Shown piece after piece: positions 40,579 through 54,466 of a stretch of 64,000 nucleotides of DNA. Origin of the DNA: Eledone cirrhosa (lineage: Eukaryota); NCBI GenBank assembly GCA_964016885.1, contig OZ024743.1, forward strand, positions 44,206,001 through 44,270,000, read 5' to 3'. How positions within the stretch are numbered: position 1 is the first letter of the stretch; the number at the start of each line of letters is the position of its first letter. The notes under the pieces were generated by a model. The model was not told the origin of the DNA. It did no database searches and saw nothing but the letters and a program-made list of their open reading frames with translations. The translations under genes were made by a program, and so were the position numbers.

Positions 40579-43363
40579 ATGTAAGGCATACACTTGTATG
40601 GATTGATATATATGGGTACTTGACGTGTTGGCATAACTGGAATCTTAGTTGTTCTACATATGGTTTTATTAGTTTTTCTTTTATTTACACATAATAGAGG
40701 CTCCTTGGGAAAGCGTAGGTATTCCTGATCTGGATAGATCTGAGGCTAGTAAAATAAACACTAACATAAACATTATCAATAAACATTTAACAGTTATTGT
40801 GTGTTTTTATTGGTTAAAATAACATTTTCAGTATGTAGCTGATGAAGTAAGCAGCAAAAAACAAATCATCCCTTATCGGATATAGTCCAACTACTAAAAT
40901 CAGAAAGAAAGAATAATAAATAGAAGAATACTAAGTATATTAGACTTAGGTGCAGAAATAAGGTAAGGCATATTGATTTTGCTTCGTTGGTAGTTATTTC
41001 AGTGAGTGAGAATCAAAGAAATATCCGATAAACATGACAAGCAAAACTAAATAATGCATATTAGCAGAATGATGGATATGTGAAAGTATTGAAAGCACAG
41101 TAGGAGATGGATAGAAGAGAAAATACAATTGCAGAAATTTGTCGATATTGCTATTAATATTAGTAATAGGGCATTCTAATACGGGAAAAGAAAATGAATA
41201 CCTAGTGTATATGCGCATGTGTGGATATATATATATAAATACACCCACATACAGACACACATATATATATTTATATATATATGGGTGGGAAGTATTATTA
41301 TGTGTGCATAATTCTTACATTTCTCACATATTAATATATGCCGTACAGGCTATAGCAGTTGTAAAATTATATAATATATTAATGTATACCATTACAGCTT
41401 GACAAATCTATAAATATAAGGGCAATGCTGTTTCTTAAAACATTTCTGTCATGTCCATCAGTGACGCATATGATATGTGGCTGAATGTAAGGATCCGCTG
41501 AAGACATTCTATCTCACCAGCTATAACCAGATTAATATTCTGATCTCTAAATCTCCATCGAACACATAATCTGTAGAAGAACGATACTGTGTCGACATTT
41601 AGATTTTCTATTCTGTCACTAAACAGATTAAGGGCAGTATGAAAAACGTTTCGTGGGAAATAACAAATATGAAGATTAATCATGGAATGGTTTAAAGGTG
41701 GTAGGAGAAAGGTAACTGGCAAACAAAATAGATACGGTGTCAGTGTAATTAACTATACATATACTTGCATACATCTATATATGTATAAATACACACACGC
41801 ACGCACATACTGACACACACACATACATATGCACGCATATACTCACGCATATACACACACATGCACGCATATACTCACACATACACCCACATACACGGAT
41901 ATATATATATATACGTATAGGTGTATATATACATTTATATGTACATACATATATATATGTATATATGTATGTAACATATATATAGAGAGAGACTGTGTGT
42001 GTGTGTAAGGGAGAGAGGGAGTTTTGATTGTGTGGAATACGACAAAGAGGACTACCACAAAGCCACAACTCATTTCTTCTTACATAAAATATGACTTAAA
42101 CTCGTAGTTTGTCAGATACTTGAGATTAATTAACAAAGTACAATTACAGTATTGTTATCACAGATTCATAATAAACATATTTTCCCACTCGATCATTATA
42201 GATAATACTATGTAGATAAACGATCCTTTGAGACGCCGAATTGGTTGATTCATTAGAACATTGGACAGAATTCTCTGCTATATTTGTACTGACTGCGCTT
42301 TTAGATCAAACTCCGCCGAAGTTGATGAAAAATGTACCAGTCAGGTACTGGATACGATTCTTCCTCTTCTCACTTCCTCTTTATTACTATCCCTCTTTCT
42401 CTGGGAGAGATGGGCTGTGTTCAAACATAGAGAGGACATGTTTAAAAAAAGGCACACATTTCACTGCAGCGCCCCTACCATCACTACAGGATTTACAGGT
42501 TGTAGATACCCAAGAGACGGAACAATATGTAAATAAATTACAAACAAACATATATATTTCAAATGTGAGCGCCCCACCGTACATAACTATACCAAGGATA
42601 GTTGATTAGTATGATTAATTGTCGAAGAAGTCGAGTACATGCAGCACTTGATTTCAGGAGAACGGAGAAATGGATAGACGTGACTGCCAGGAATCGAACG
42701 TATCATCATTTGGATCCCAGCTGAATGAATGAACTACTTTGTTAATGTGCTACTAGTAACCATTTCAATCGATCTAGATATTAAAGTAGTTTAGACAGCG
42801 ATTGCCTTAATAGTCAATACAATAAGTTACAATTTCAAAATGAGTGCCTCCCATCGCAAATGAGGATATCATTTATAGTCACGCGTTAAAGATAATGTTT
42901 GAGATAAACGGATAAAGTAAGCCATAATACGGAAAAAGATAACTGCATTACCTTGGAGGAAACCACCACCGTGCCCACGGATATTTTGTCGGAAATATTG
43001 AAGTATACTTGTATGGTGATCGACTATTATTATTATAGTTATTTGTTGTGAAAAACACAAATTTGAAATTTCATATTTCATCAATATTTCTTTAGTCAAT
43101 CTTCGTTTACATTTTTATTTACAGACATAAACTTACGTAAATAAAGAAATTAGTGGCCAGTGGCTCTAAGCGTAGTTGATAACGGACTCATCTTTCATCC
43201 GAGAGATGTCGGATTCGATTGCGAGCAGGCACTTCTACCAACGTTTCTTTTCCGTCTACAGAGATTTAGATTTATAGTTATCGACAATTATTTTTATTAT
43301 GACCATTTGCGTTGGTCTTGATAAAAATAATCATATTTTTCCAAGTTGTTCTTAAGTGAAAGG

Positions 43364-43456
<93 letters not shown>

Positions 43457-43977
43457 TTCAGGTTATCAATAATGTAGTGATAATATATCGTCACGTTAGA
43501 GATGAACAGCGTACGTGTAGGTTTGCTCAACGAGTATAAATTATATTCCGGAGAAAATGTAGAAAAGATGAATATAGAATGAAAGTGCTTTTATAAAGGA
43601 ATTTATTAGGTATTGACATATGTTTTTGTAACAGACGGAATGCCTATGTATTTATTCATTTTTTCATATAATGCCCATGTAACGTAGCACATATTTTAAA
43701 AATCAGAAAATGTTCAGAAATCCACTGCTGGGCTCAGTAGGAAATACATATCACTGGTCATGAGAAAACATTACTTATTACATTGATCTAAAAATCGTTA
43801 TTACACACTAACATTTTCATGAAACGCAGAATTTCTCTAAGCATTTCCTCATCTAAACTTCACTCTCTTCTAACGAGATTCAATCGTTTATATAATTTCA
43901 ATAATTTCTGACCAGGTGTTTACATAAGTATAATAGCGAGTAACACACACACACAGATGTATATATATATATATATA

Positions 43978-45652
43978 TCGGACCGGGTCACGGAACACCT
44001 CCGGGACATTCGTCTCGGGGGCAGTTCCCCCATCGCCCGCCACTTTGGTGGCCCTGGACACTCCGCACGCCATCTCACAGTCTGTGGCCTACTCCAGTGC
44101 CACGGAACACCCGCCCATCGCCTTACGGTCGAACAACGCACTATCTTCATCTTACAGACCCACACTCCCCCCGGCCTGAACTCCCCACCCTTATTCCTTT
44201 AGCTTTCTACCGCCCTCCTCCCCCCACTTATCCCCCACTAACACCACTAACACACCCCTCCTTTTCACCGCCCACCCCACACTAACAATACTAACACCTC
44301 CACTCCACCCCTCATCTGACCACCCTTCCCCAACTAACATTCTAACATCCCTTCCCTCCCCTCTTCTCCTCCTCCCCCCTCCTTATCACACGCACACACG
44401 CACCCACTTACACCACCCACCCCACACGCAACTAACACCACTAACACCCTCCAACCCCACGCACACGTACCCACACACCCTCGTACACCACCAGCTCTAC
44501 ACACCCTACCCCGACTAACCCCCACTCACACCTGCATTCCACCCCTCCCCACCTCCCGTATACTAACACCCACTAACACCTCCTCACCAAACTACACACA
44601 CACCAGTACACCACACTCCCTCCATAGAACCACACACACCCTTCTCTCCCCACTCCACACTCACTCATCCCACTAACACCTCTACTAATACACACACACA
44701 CACACACACACCCTCCTCACTCCAACTCTCACACCTACCCATCCTCGCCTCCCTACCATTCCGCCGACTGCTGCTATGCCCTTCCAACCACTGTCTCAGC
44801 ACCAACTGACCACAGCACTTCCACTGCTGACCACTTCCTGTTGCGCGCGCACCCCACATCTCTCCTCTTCCGACCACCGCTTCTTGGATTACCCACACGC
44901 GTTTTGACTTCCAACCAAAATCTCCATACATCCGTGTAACTTACCACTTTCAACCATCCTCTTACACCATCACCTATATAACTCACCCACACACACACAC
45001 CAAAACAATTTTTTTATCCACACGCCACCCACACCCACAACACGCTTAAAGCACACACACGTGCTTCCCACCACATATTTACACCCTCAGCCCCCTGATT
45101 CCTCTCCCCCCACCCCCCTATCCACACACGCACAGACCCTCCGACCCACAAAAACACCCCCCACACACACCTTCCTGAACATGCAACCCCGTTCTTCCCC
45201 CAACCCTCACTTTCACATACACACACACACACACGCACACCTAACCACACACACCCCCTTCAGCCCTCCCCGCTCGGACACCCCGTCTCCATCTCCCCAC
45301 TCCATCCGCCACCACCTCTACTCACCCCACACCCTTCCACCACCTGTTTACCCCCCTTTTAATTTCAGTTTATTTTGATCATGCCTTTATTTTTAAATTT
45401 TCTCATTCCTTGTATTTTGATCATGCTTTATTTTTATTTATTATTTATTATATTTTTGTGTTAATTTTTCATTCGCACCGTTTTCTTTCGCTATATGTCT
45501 CTCCACCACTCCCCTACACACCTTTTGAACTCTCACCTGAAGAAGGGCTTATGCCCGAAACGTCGTCCCCCACCTACCCCCCACTCTGCTGAGCGTGAAT
45601 TTAATAAACATTTATCGTACTGCCTCTCTGTTCTGTCCCTGTTCAATTTTTC

Positions 45653-45655
<3 letters not shown>
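43978..45655 (+). mobile_element. Neptune-like PLE 3' end (GIY-YIG C-terminus, C/A-rich 3'UTR, pLTR)
   Basis: RVTEHLRDI...PIARHF...RLTVEQRTIFILQTHTPPGLN; HHR-like motif at 45537; AATAAA at 45603; flanked by (TA)n. Confidence 0.8.
45533..45566 (+). ncRNA. Minimal HHR-like motif
   Basis: CTGAAGA-A-GGGC-TTAT-GCCC-GAAA-CG-TC; stem I has only 2 bp. Confidence 0.55.
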
Positions 45656-45736
<81 letters not shown>

Positions 45737-45743
<7 letters not shown>

Positions 45744-46093
45744 GTGAGGTTTTTTTACAAATTGAAAAATAACCGAGGTGTCCTACACGAGTGAAAGTAT
45801 AAAGAAAAAGAGATGAAATCGAAAATGCAACTGGAGTCTTATTTTAAAAAAAAATATATATATTTATTTGGTTCATTTACCGGTTTCGCAGTTCTTCTGC
45901 TTTTCAAAAGGTCAGTTGAGATGGAGGGTCTCTGGTTTTTCTCACAGATGTGAGAAAAACCACAGACCCTCCATCTCAACTGACCTTTTGAAAAGCAGAA
46001 GAACTGCGAAACCGGTAAATGAACCAAATAAATATATATATTTTTTTTTAAAATAAGACTCCAGTTGCATTTTCGATTTCATCTCTTTTTCTT
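45737..46093. mobile_element. Family D palindrome (inverted pLTR pair)
   Basis: ~45800-45946 is inverted against 45950-46093, with an extra tail at 45737-45800. Confidence 0.8.
45984..46021 (+). ncRNA. Minimal HHR, U3-A8 core (mirror copy 45874-45911, minus)
   Basis: CCTT-TTGAAAA-GCAG-AAGAA-CTGC-GAAA-CCGG-TA-AATG; the 34.3 kb copy has AAGG, which completes stem I. Confidence 0.7.
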
Positions 46094-46104
46094 TATATAT
46101 ATAT

Positions 46105-46136
<32 letters not shown>

Positions 46137-46465
46137 GTGTGTGTATATATATATAAATATAATTTGCTCTAGCATGGCGGATACGTAAATACATTCTTGA
46201 GAATATATAGTATTCTCCAATGTATACATCCGCTGATTAACTTAATTTGAATACCGGGGGATTTCGCGGATGGCTTTGTCGAAATTTGTTTACCCTGTAA
46301 CATGGCGGATACGTAAATGCATTAGTGAGTGAATAATGATATATGCTTGCAAATGAATTAAAATATGCAATTCATTTGCAAGCAAACAGCCTCAATAAGC
46401 CATGTTTCCTAGTTGACTAACCTCATTCTTTTCTTCCTGGATTACCTTAAATGATATCTTGTTAA

Positions 46466-46516
<51 letters not shown>

Positions 46517-47325
46517 AAGATGAATATAAAATGAAAGTGCTTTTATAAAGAAATGTATTAGGTATTGACATATGTTTCTTTAACAGACGGAATACCTATG
46601 TATCGCTGCTTGCGTAATCATATAATGTTAGCAAGTATTCGATAGCAAATGTATAATCAGTTGTCACTTCTTCAGAGATATTGGATAAATTGGAAAAAAT
46701 CAAAGAAATTGAAGTATTTATATTAGTTGTAAGAAAGGAAGAAGAGAGGGGATAGTATATGACAGATGGCAATTTAATTTACTGGTAAACAAGTATATAA
46801 AAGGTTTCTAATGAAAAAACAATGAGTATATCGTTTATTTTATCTAAATAAGAATTTTTGGGAGTGCCTATTTTAATCTATACTTGACCGTTTTTAATCT
46901 ACAATGGACAGGGCTGGTCGTTTGGTGTAGTAGTATTTGGTGTAGTATAGATTAAAATAGGCACTCCCACAAAATTCTTATTTAGATAAAATAAACGATA
47001 TACTCATTGTATTCTCATTAGAAACCTTTTATATACTTGTTTACCAGTAAATTAAATTGTCATCTGTCATATACTATTCCCTCTCTTCTTCCTTTCTTAC
47101 AACTAATATAAATACTTCAATTTTTCTGATTTTTTCCAATTTATCCAATATCTCTGAAGAAGTGACAACTGATTCTACATTTGCTATCGAATACTTGCTA
47201 ACATTATATGATTACGCAGGCAGCGATACATAGGTATTCCGTCTGTTACAGAAACATATGTCAATACCTAATACATTTCTTTATAAAAGCACTTTCATTT
47301 TATATTCATCTTTTCTATATATATA

Positions 47326-47371
<46 letters not shown>

Positions 47372-47558
47372 TTAACAAGATATCATTTAAGGTAATCCAG
47401 GAACAAAAGAATGAGGTTAGTCAACTAGGAAACATATCTTATTGAGGCTGTTTGCTTGCAAATGAATTGAATATTTATAATATTATCATTATTCACTCAC
47501 TAATGCATTTACGTATCCGCCATGCTAGAGCAAATTATATTTATATATATATACACAC

Positions 47559-47644
<86 letters not shown>

Positions 47645-49071
47645 GTGTGTGTGTGTTACTCGCTATTATACTTATGTAAACACCTGGTCAGAAATTATTG
47701 AAATTATATAAACGATTGAATCTCGTTAGAATAGGGTGAAGTTTAGATGAGGAAATGCTTCGAGAAATTCTGCGTTTCATGAAAATGTCAGTGTGTATTA
47801 ACGATTTTTAGATCAATGTAATAAGTAATGTTTTCTCATGACCAGTGATATGTATTTCTGAACATTTTCTGATTCTTAAAATATGTGCTACGCTACTGGG
47901 GCATTATATGAAAAAGATGAATAAATCTTTTCTGGTTTCGATTATCAATGTTCCAGTTCTTTGTAGAACGGAGTAGACTTATGAAATTAACGTGCAGTTA
48001 TCTGAGCATTCCATAGATATGTGTAGACTTAACGTAAGCACCTTCATCATGGCAGAATGTTAATTACAGGTACAGTCCATCCGACGGCGTCGCAAACTAT
48101 TTCTGTCGATCCAATTTCATACACGGGACATATGTCGACACGAGGCTAGGGCAAATGATACCTGCCTAAGAAGTTACGTGGTGAGATCGAACTTTATTAT
48201 TGCATACCAAAATTCGTTACCAATGTGTCATGCTGCAGCAATAGACATGCTATATTCTATTGTTTATAGCATACAATAATTATTAGTAATCGCTAAATTA
48301 ATTATAATATTTTTGGTAAATTCTTGTCGAAACCGAATGTAGCGTCAAATATCGCTAAGCTAATTCTCGAATGCTGGGAAGCTAGTATTATAGATGAGGT
48401 GACATATAATGATTGCCAAACGAATTGTTGAACTACAAAAATATACTTGCGCCTATTTAAAGAAAATAAATATATATTTTTCAATAAATTCGTAGAAACT
48501 TGGCAACTTGTGTTTTCTAGGTAAACAAAAAAAATTACATTTCCAAATTATGTTTATCCTACAGAAAGTTGTCTTGTTTTTTACTGCCGTTTGACTTCGT
48601 CCAATGTCTGTATTTTCATATTCCATATGGTTATATTTAATCCTTTTAATTGTAATGAAATTTATTTTACCTTATATTACTAATAACGATTACGATATAC
48701 ACATAATATAATATGACTGTCATTACGTTTACGTTTGTGAGATAAATATGCGATGATTATCTTAACATCTGGTGGAATTATTCGATACCTTATGGCAATT
48801 TTTATAAAATAGCATATTATAAACTTTCATGCTTTAAATATTAATAATGTTGATGCTTAAAACCATTAATGGACGACGATTTTAAAAGCATGTATTTATC
48901 TAAAGACTTTCCAGCATAGTTTTATGTAGGAATACTTGTTCAAATCATGTTCCAAACACAAGCTTAATATTGATGGAGTAAATTGGTTATATCGGCTATA
49001 GGGAACAAATTGACTGCCATTTTATTTTATCAACCTGAAAGGCAAAATACACTTAGACGATATACAATCTT

Positions 49072-49500
49072 AATAATTGTTTCTACTTTAGGCACACGGC
49101 CAGTAATTTTAAAGGGGAGGGGAATCGATTAAATCGACCCCAGTGAGTGACTGGTACTTTATTTTATCGATCCCATAAGGATAAAAGGCAAAGTTAACCT
49201 CGGTGGGATTTGAACTCAGATCATAAATGGGCGCAACTCTATGCTGCAAAGCATGGCGTCAGACCCTCTACCGATACTGCCAATCCACCGCCCTTATATA
49301 CAATCTTAATAATTGTTTCTACGTTAGGCACAAGGCCAGCAAATTACCCAGTGCATTACTGGTACTTTATTTTATCGACCCCGTAAGGATGAAAGGCAAA
49401 GTCAACCTCGGCGGGATTTGAACTCAGATCGTAAAGGGACGTAACTATGCTGGAAAGCATGGAGTCCGACCCTCTACCGATACTGCCAATCCACACCCTT
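49072..49500 (-). mobile_element. Two tandem SINE copies
   Basis: ATACAATCTTAATAAT present three times (49061, 49297, 49501). Confidence 0.85.
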
Positions 49501-49810
49501 ATACAATCTTAATAATGAAAACATTATTTATTCTAATAATTCAATCTAATACTTGGTTATTTTCAAACATATTTGAAAATAATAAGTAATGTGTTTCATT
49601 AGATATATTGTCACAAACACGTTGAAAGTAAATATCATAACTCATAGAAAAACAAATCATTCATGTACTTCAGAATTTCCTTTGTTGAATTTTTTTTTCA
49701 CTTGTTTTGTTCTATATTCATTTTCCTATTTTACTGAACATACCATGTGGATGGTTCTGAAACTAAGGCACAGATAATGCATATTGGCAATCAATATATA
49801 TTTAGTGTCT

Positions 49811-50152
<342 letters not shown>

Positions 50153-50317
50153 ATAGGGAGGAGAAAGGGAGAAAGAGACGATTATGAGGAAGAAAAATAT
50201 ATTTTTCTCCTTTTTTGTTTCTCTCTCTCTCTTTTTCTGGGTTAGAAAATGATTAAAACGAAATGTTTTATATTGTGTGAAGTGTTAAGGTTTTAGTTTA
50301 TTTATTTATTATTTACT

Positions 50318-50703
50318 TGGCCTTTAAAATGTTTTAAAATAAACATACAGTATATTATTTAATATACTATACGTGCGTTCTTATATAAATTGCTATTTCA
50401 GAGCACCAATACTATTTTCTAATTTTTGCTGGGCCGAGAATCGCTCTGTATGTTAATGAGTTTAAACAGTTCATAAACATAACTGTAATTCTATAAGGAT
50501 CCAACTTCCTGACAAAGGCGAAGACGTATGTAGTCTTGACAATCTTTACAATTGAGAAATGGGGACCGTCGATTACTACCCTTTGCTTTTGCCGAGACTA
50601 GGTATGTGACGTTAGTTACTACTTTAAAAATCATAGGTAATGGCCTTCAAAATGTTTTAAAATAATCATACACTATATTCTTAAATATACTATACGTACA
50701 TTC

Positions 50704-50704
<1 letters not shown>
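50318..50704 (+). repeat. ~65-bp direct repeats about 323 bp apart
   Basis: TGGCCTT(T/C)AAAATGTTTTAAAATAA...TATACTATACGT at 50318 and 50641. Confidence 0.65.
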
Positions 50705-50739
<35 letters not shown>

Positions 50740-50799
50740 TATTTCTTTGGAGATATGAAATATTTATACATATATATATATATATACATGCATACACAC

Positions 50800-50875
<76 letters not shown>

Positions 50876-51011
50876 AGTGTAATTTTCTACACAAAACGAA
50901 GGTTATAGAGAAAATTGAGGTTGGTAATGGCACATGGAATATATAAGAGACAGAATACTTTTTTGTGAAAAAACATAATTTTATAAGGTAAGGAAATAAT
51001 AAAGGGTATAA

Positions 51012-51059
51012 AAAATGACCGGTTTCGATGGGTCTGCAAAAGCCATCTTTTCAAATGTT
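51012..51059 (-). ncRNA. Minimal HHR, U3-A8 core, in the sense 3' pLTR
   Basis: AACAT-TTGAAAA-GATGG..CCATC-GAAA-CCGG-TC-ATTTT. Confidence 0.8.
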
Positions 51060-51331
51060 GATTAATATTAAGAAAAATTAATAATACGAAGAGTTAAAAT
51101 TTGAGACTTGAAAATTCAAGTATAAAATTCATTGTGGGATTTCATAGCAGTTTTCATCTAGGTAGCAACAACAGGTTGACTGCTGTGTCCCTTTCTGGTA
51201 GTGAATGAGAAGTTATTTGGGGTGTGGGTTATTTTATAAAGGTCAGATTTAGCAATAGCCAGCTGCTGGTCAGTGAGGGGGTGGAAGCAATATACACACA
51301 CATACCTTCATCCACACATACATACACATAC

Positions 51332-51380
<49 letters not shown>

Positions 51381-51449
51381 CACACATACATACACACACA
51401 CATACATATACATACACACATACACACACACACACATATATATACACAT

Positions 51450-51506
<57 letters not shown>

Positions 51507-51537
51507 TATATATACATACACATACATCCAGATACAC

Positions 51538-51652
<115 letters not shown>

Positions 51653-52189
51653 TACACACACACATATATATATACATACACACATACAAACATACACACA
51701 CACACACACACACATATATATACACACATACACACACATATATATACACACACACACACACACATGCATATATATATATATATACACATACGCATACATC
51801 CAGATACCCACATACATACACACACACACACACACACACGCACACACAATACATACATCCACATGCACACACATACTCACACACACACACACACACATAC
51901 ATACACCCACACACAGAGAAATGGCCTTCAAATATATATATATATATATATACATACAGACACATATATTTTTTCCATAATATAAGAAGTTGGGGCAGTG
52001 AAATTAAAATAATTCTGTGTGCGCATATATATATAGACATACGTGTGTGCACGTGCAGGGTTTAACATGGATGTGTTGGTCACACAAAGGCATGGTCTGT
52101 CAATGAATAAACCTGATTCTACAGAATTGGTCTCTGGTCTTTAATAGTAGTGATTCCGTGCGTATGTGTGTTTATATTTTATGACAATT

Positions 52190-54466
52190 CTATTGGGGTG
52201 ATAACCCGTTTAGTTTTGGTTTAAATTTGTTAAGGAATAGATTTTCTTTGTTTATTCTTTGTTGTTGTGTGAACGAATCTGAGCACTTGTAGAAGGGGAA
52301 GATTTTAAAGTTGGGTAGTGTCATTCCTGCGCAGTTCGCAATATGGCTGCTCAAGGGGATTTTTCTTGTGTTAGCGTCCCGGATTTGTTGGCGGTGGATG
52401 GTCATTCTTTTGCGTAATGAGGTGCCCGTCTGTCCTATGTAGTTGTGTTTGCACCCACCGCAAGTTATTGCGTAAATCAAGTTCTCCGAGTTGCAGGTGA
52501 AATTGTTTTTTACTGTAAATGTTTGGCCATCTTTGAATGTAAATGTTTGTCCTTCAGTGAGGTAGAGGCACGTTCCACAGTTTGTTCTACCACATTTGGT
52601 AACTGTAGGGTTGAGGATTGGTTTGGGTATATTTGGTCCAGTGAGAATGCGTTTAAGTGATTTGGGTTGTCTTTTACTTTTAAGGATCTTGTGTGTTTCA
52701 AGAATAGACTTCATTTTTACATCTTTAAGTAGGATGGGGAGGTTTTTGTGTAGGTGATCAAACATTTCGGTATTTCTGGGGTTGAAAGTGGATACATATG
52801 GCAGGGTGTTGAGTGTGGTTTTCTGTTTTGGATTGTTAAGTTGATGGGGATTTAGGTGTTTTGCCCTGTCTATTCCATTGTTGATTATTTCAAGTGGAAA
52901 GGCTCTTAAGATAAGGGTGTCTTTTAGTTCCTTTAGTCTTTGCTCCCGTTTAGGTGGATCTGATACTATGGTACATATACGTTTGGCCAAATTGTAAGGA
53001 ATGTTAAGTTTTGTATGTTTTGGGTGACTTGATGTGAAAAAGAGGTATTGCTTGGAATCTGTGGGTTTATAGAATATATCTGTATCTAATTTCCCGTCTA
53101 TTACAGAGATGAGAATATCCAAGAAGGCTAATTCCTTAGGATTGGATTCCATTGTGAATTGTATGTTATTATCTATGTTGTTTATCATGTTTTTAAACGT
53201 AGTAAGTGAGTTCATGTCTTCTTGCCATAGGATAAAGCAGTCGTCTAGATATCTTTTCCAATTGGCTTTGAGGTGTGTGTGGAAAGAGTCTCCAAATAAG
53301 AGAAGGGACTGACTGTATATTTGTTGTTCATGGAATCCCATGACTAGGTTGGCATATGTGGGTGCTACTTTCGTGCCCATTGCCGTACCTGATACTTGTC
53401 TGTATGTTGAACCATTGAATGTGAAGTAGTTATTTTGTAGGATAAAGCGGAGTCCGTCAGTGATAAAATCTGTGTTGATGCGTGTCGGTATTTCTGATGG
53501 GTGTGTGTTAAGCCAGTATTGGACTGCTGTTATTCCATAGTTGTGAGGTATGTTTGTGTAGAGGTTTATTACGTCAAAGGAGACAAGAATTGTATTTGCA
53601 CTTACTGTTTTAGGGAGGTGTTTCAGCATGTCAAGGTCATCTCGTATGTAGCTCTGTATATGTTGTAGAAAGGGTTTCAGTAGGATGTCCAGAAAGTTGC
53701 TAAGTCTGTGGGTTTCACATGTAGGGCCTGCTATAATTGGCCTGAGTTTTAGGTCTTCTGGTGGTGTTAGTTCAATGTAATTGTTGGTTGAGGTGTCACA
53801 TGCATCGTTTATGGGTTTACATTTGTGAAGTTTCGGTAAGCCGTAAAAAGAGCTTGTATTGCATTTGAAGTGGCTTATATAGTTAAACTCTTTTGTGGTT
53901 AAGCTGTTGCGGTATTTATTCAGTAAGGTCAAAAGGTTCCCCATTGTTTTGGTGTGTTTGTAGTTTTCTGTTTTTTCATAGTATGTGTTGTTTTCTAAAA
54001 TGTTAAGTGCGAGGGTCCTATAGTAGTCCGTATTCATAATCACAACAGTACTGCCTTTATCGGCTTCTTTGATAGTTATCTCAGGGTTGTTTCTAAGTGT
54101 GAATAATTCTTCCCATTCGTGTGTAGATAGGTTTGATTTCGTGTGTTTATTTGTAATTGTTTCATAGGGAAAGTTGGTGATGTGTTCGCAGTACGTGTCC
54201 AGTGCTTTATTTCTTCCCTTTTGTGGGCAGAAATTGCTTTTATTTCTAACCAGTGATTCGTCTTCAGTGTTGGTGTCGTTGTGGAAGAATTCCGTTAGTC
54301 GCAGCTTTCGGCAGTATTCCATGATGTCATCCTTCATTTCGGGGAAGTTTGGTTTACGTGGTGTAGGTGTAAATTTCAGGCCCTTACTTAAAATGTTGAT
54401 TTGTGTGTTGGTTAGAGGTGTCTTTGAGAGGTTGATTATTTTTGGTTTCTCCTGAGGGGGGGCCAT
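52190..54466 (-). CDS. PLE reverse transcriptase + GIY-YIG endonuclease (Neptune type)
   Basis: 758 aa uninterrupted: [74 protein letters not shown] linker, [15 protein letters not shown]. Confidence 0.95.
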   Translation of the reverse strand: MAPPQEKPKIINLSKTPLTNTQINILSKGLKFTPTPRKPNFPEMKDDIMEYCRKLRLTEFFHNDTNTEDESLVRNKSNFCPQKGRNKALDTYCEHITNFPYETITNKHTKSNLSTHEWEELFTLRNNPEITIKEADKGSTVVIMNTDYYRTLALNILENNTYYEKTENYKHTKTMGNLLTLLNKYRNSLTTKEFNYISHFKCNTSSFYGLPKLHKCKPINDACDTSTNNYIELTPPEDLKLRPIIAGPTCETHRLSNFLDILLKPFLQHIQSYIRDDLDMLKHLPKTVSANTILVSFDVINLYTNIPHNYGITAVQYWLNTHPSEIPTRINTDFITDGLRFILQNNYFTFNGSTYRQVSGTAMGTKVAPTYANLVMGFHEQQIYSQSLLLFGDSFHTHLKANWKRYLDDCFILWQEDMNSLTTFKNMINNIDNNIQFTMESNPKELAFLDILISVIDGKLDTDIFYKPTDSKQYLFFTSSHPKHTKLNIPYNLAKRICTIVSDPPKREQRLKELKDTLILRAFPLEIINNGIDRAKHLNPHQLNNPKQKTTLNTLPYVSTFNPRNTEMFDHLHKNLPILLKDVKMKSILETHKILKSKRQPKSLKRILTGPNIPKPILNPTVTKCGRTNCGTCLYLTEGQTFTFKDGQTFTVKNNFTCNSENLIYAITCGGCKHNYIGQTGTSLRKRMTIHRQQIRDANTRKIPLSSHIANCAGMTLPNFKIFPFYKCSDSFTQQQRINKENLFLNKFKPKLNGLSPQ

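Larger units (their letters stand above)
43650..47926. repeat. Large composite foldback
   Basis: Arm pairs 43650-43958/47641-47926, 46157-46467/47369-47540 and 46513-46883/46944-47317. Confidence 0.8.

Noticed and set aside
44200-45360. ORFs and telomere-like CACTAAC repeats in the C/A-rich tract
   Set aside because: Low-complexity 3'UTR of the PLE; no regular TTAGGG array and no coding motifs.
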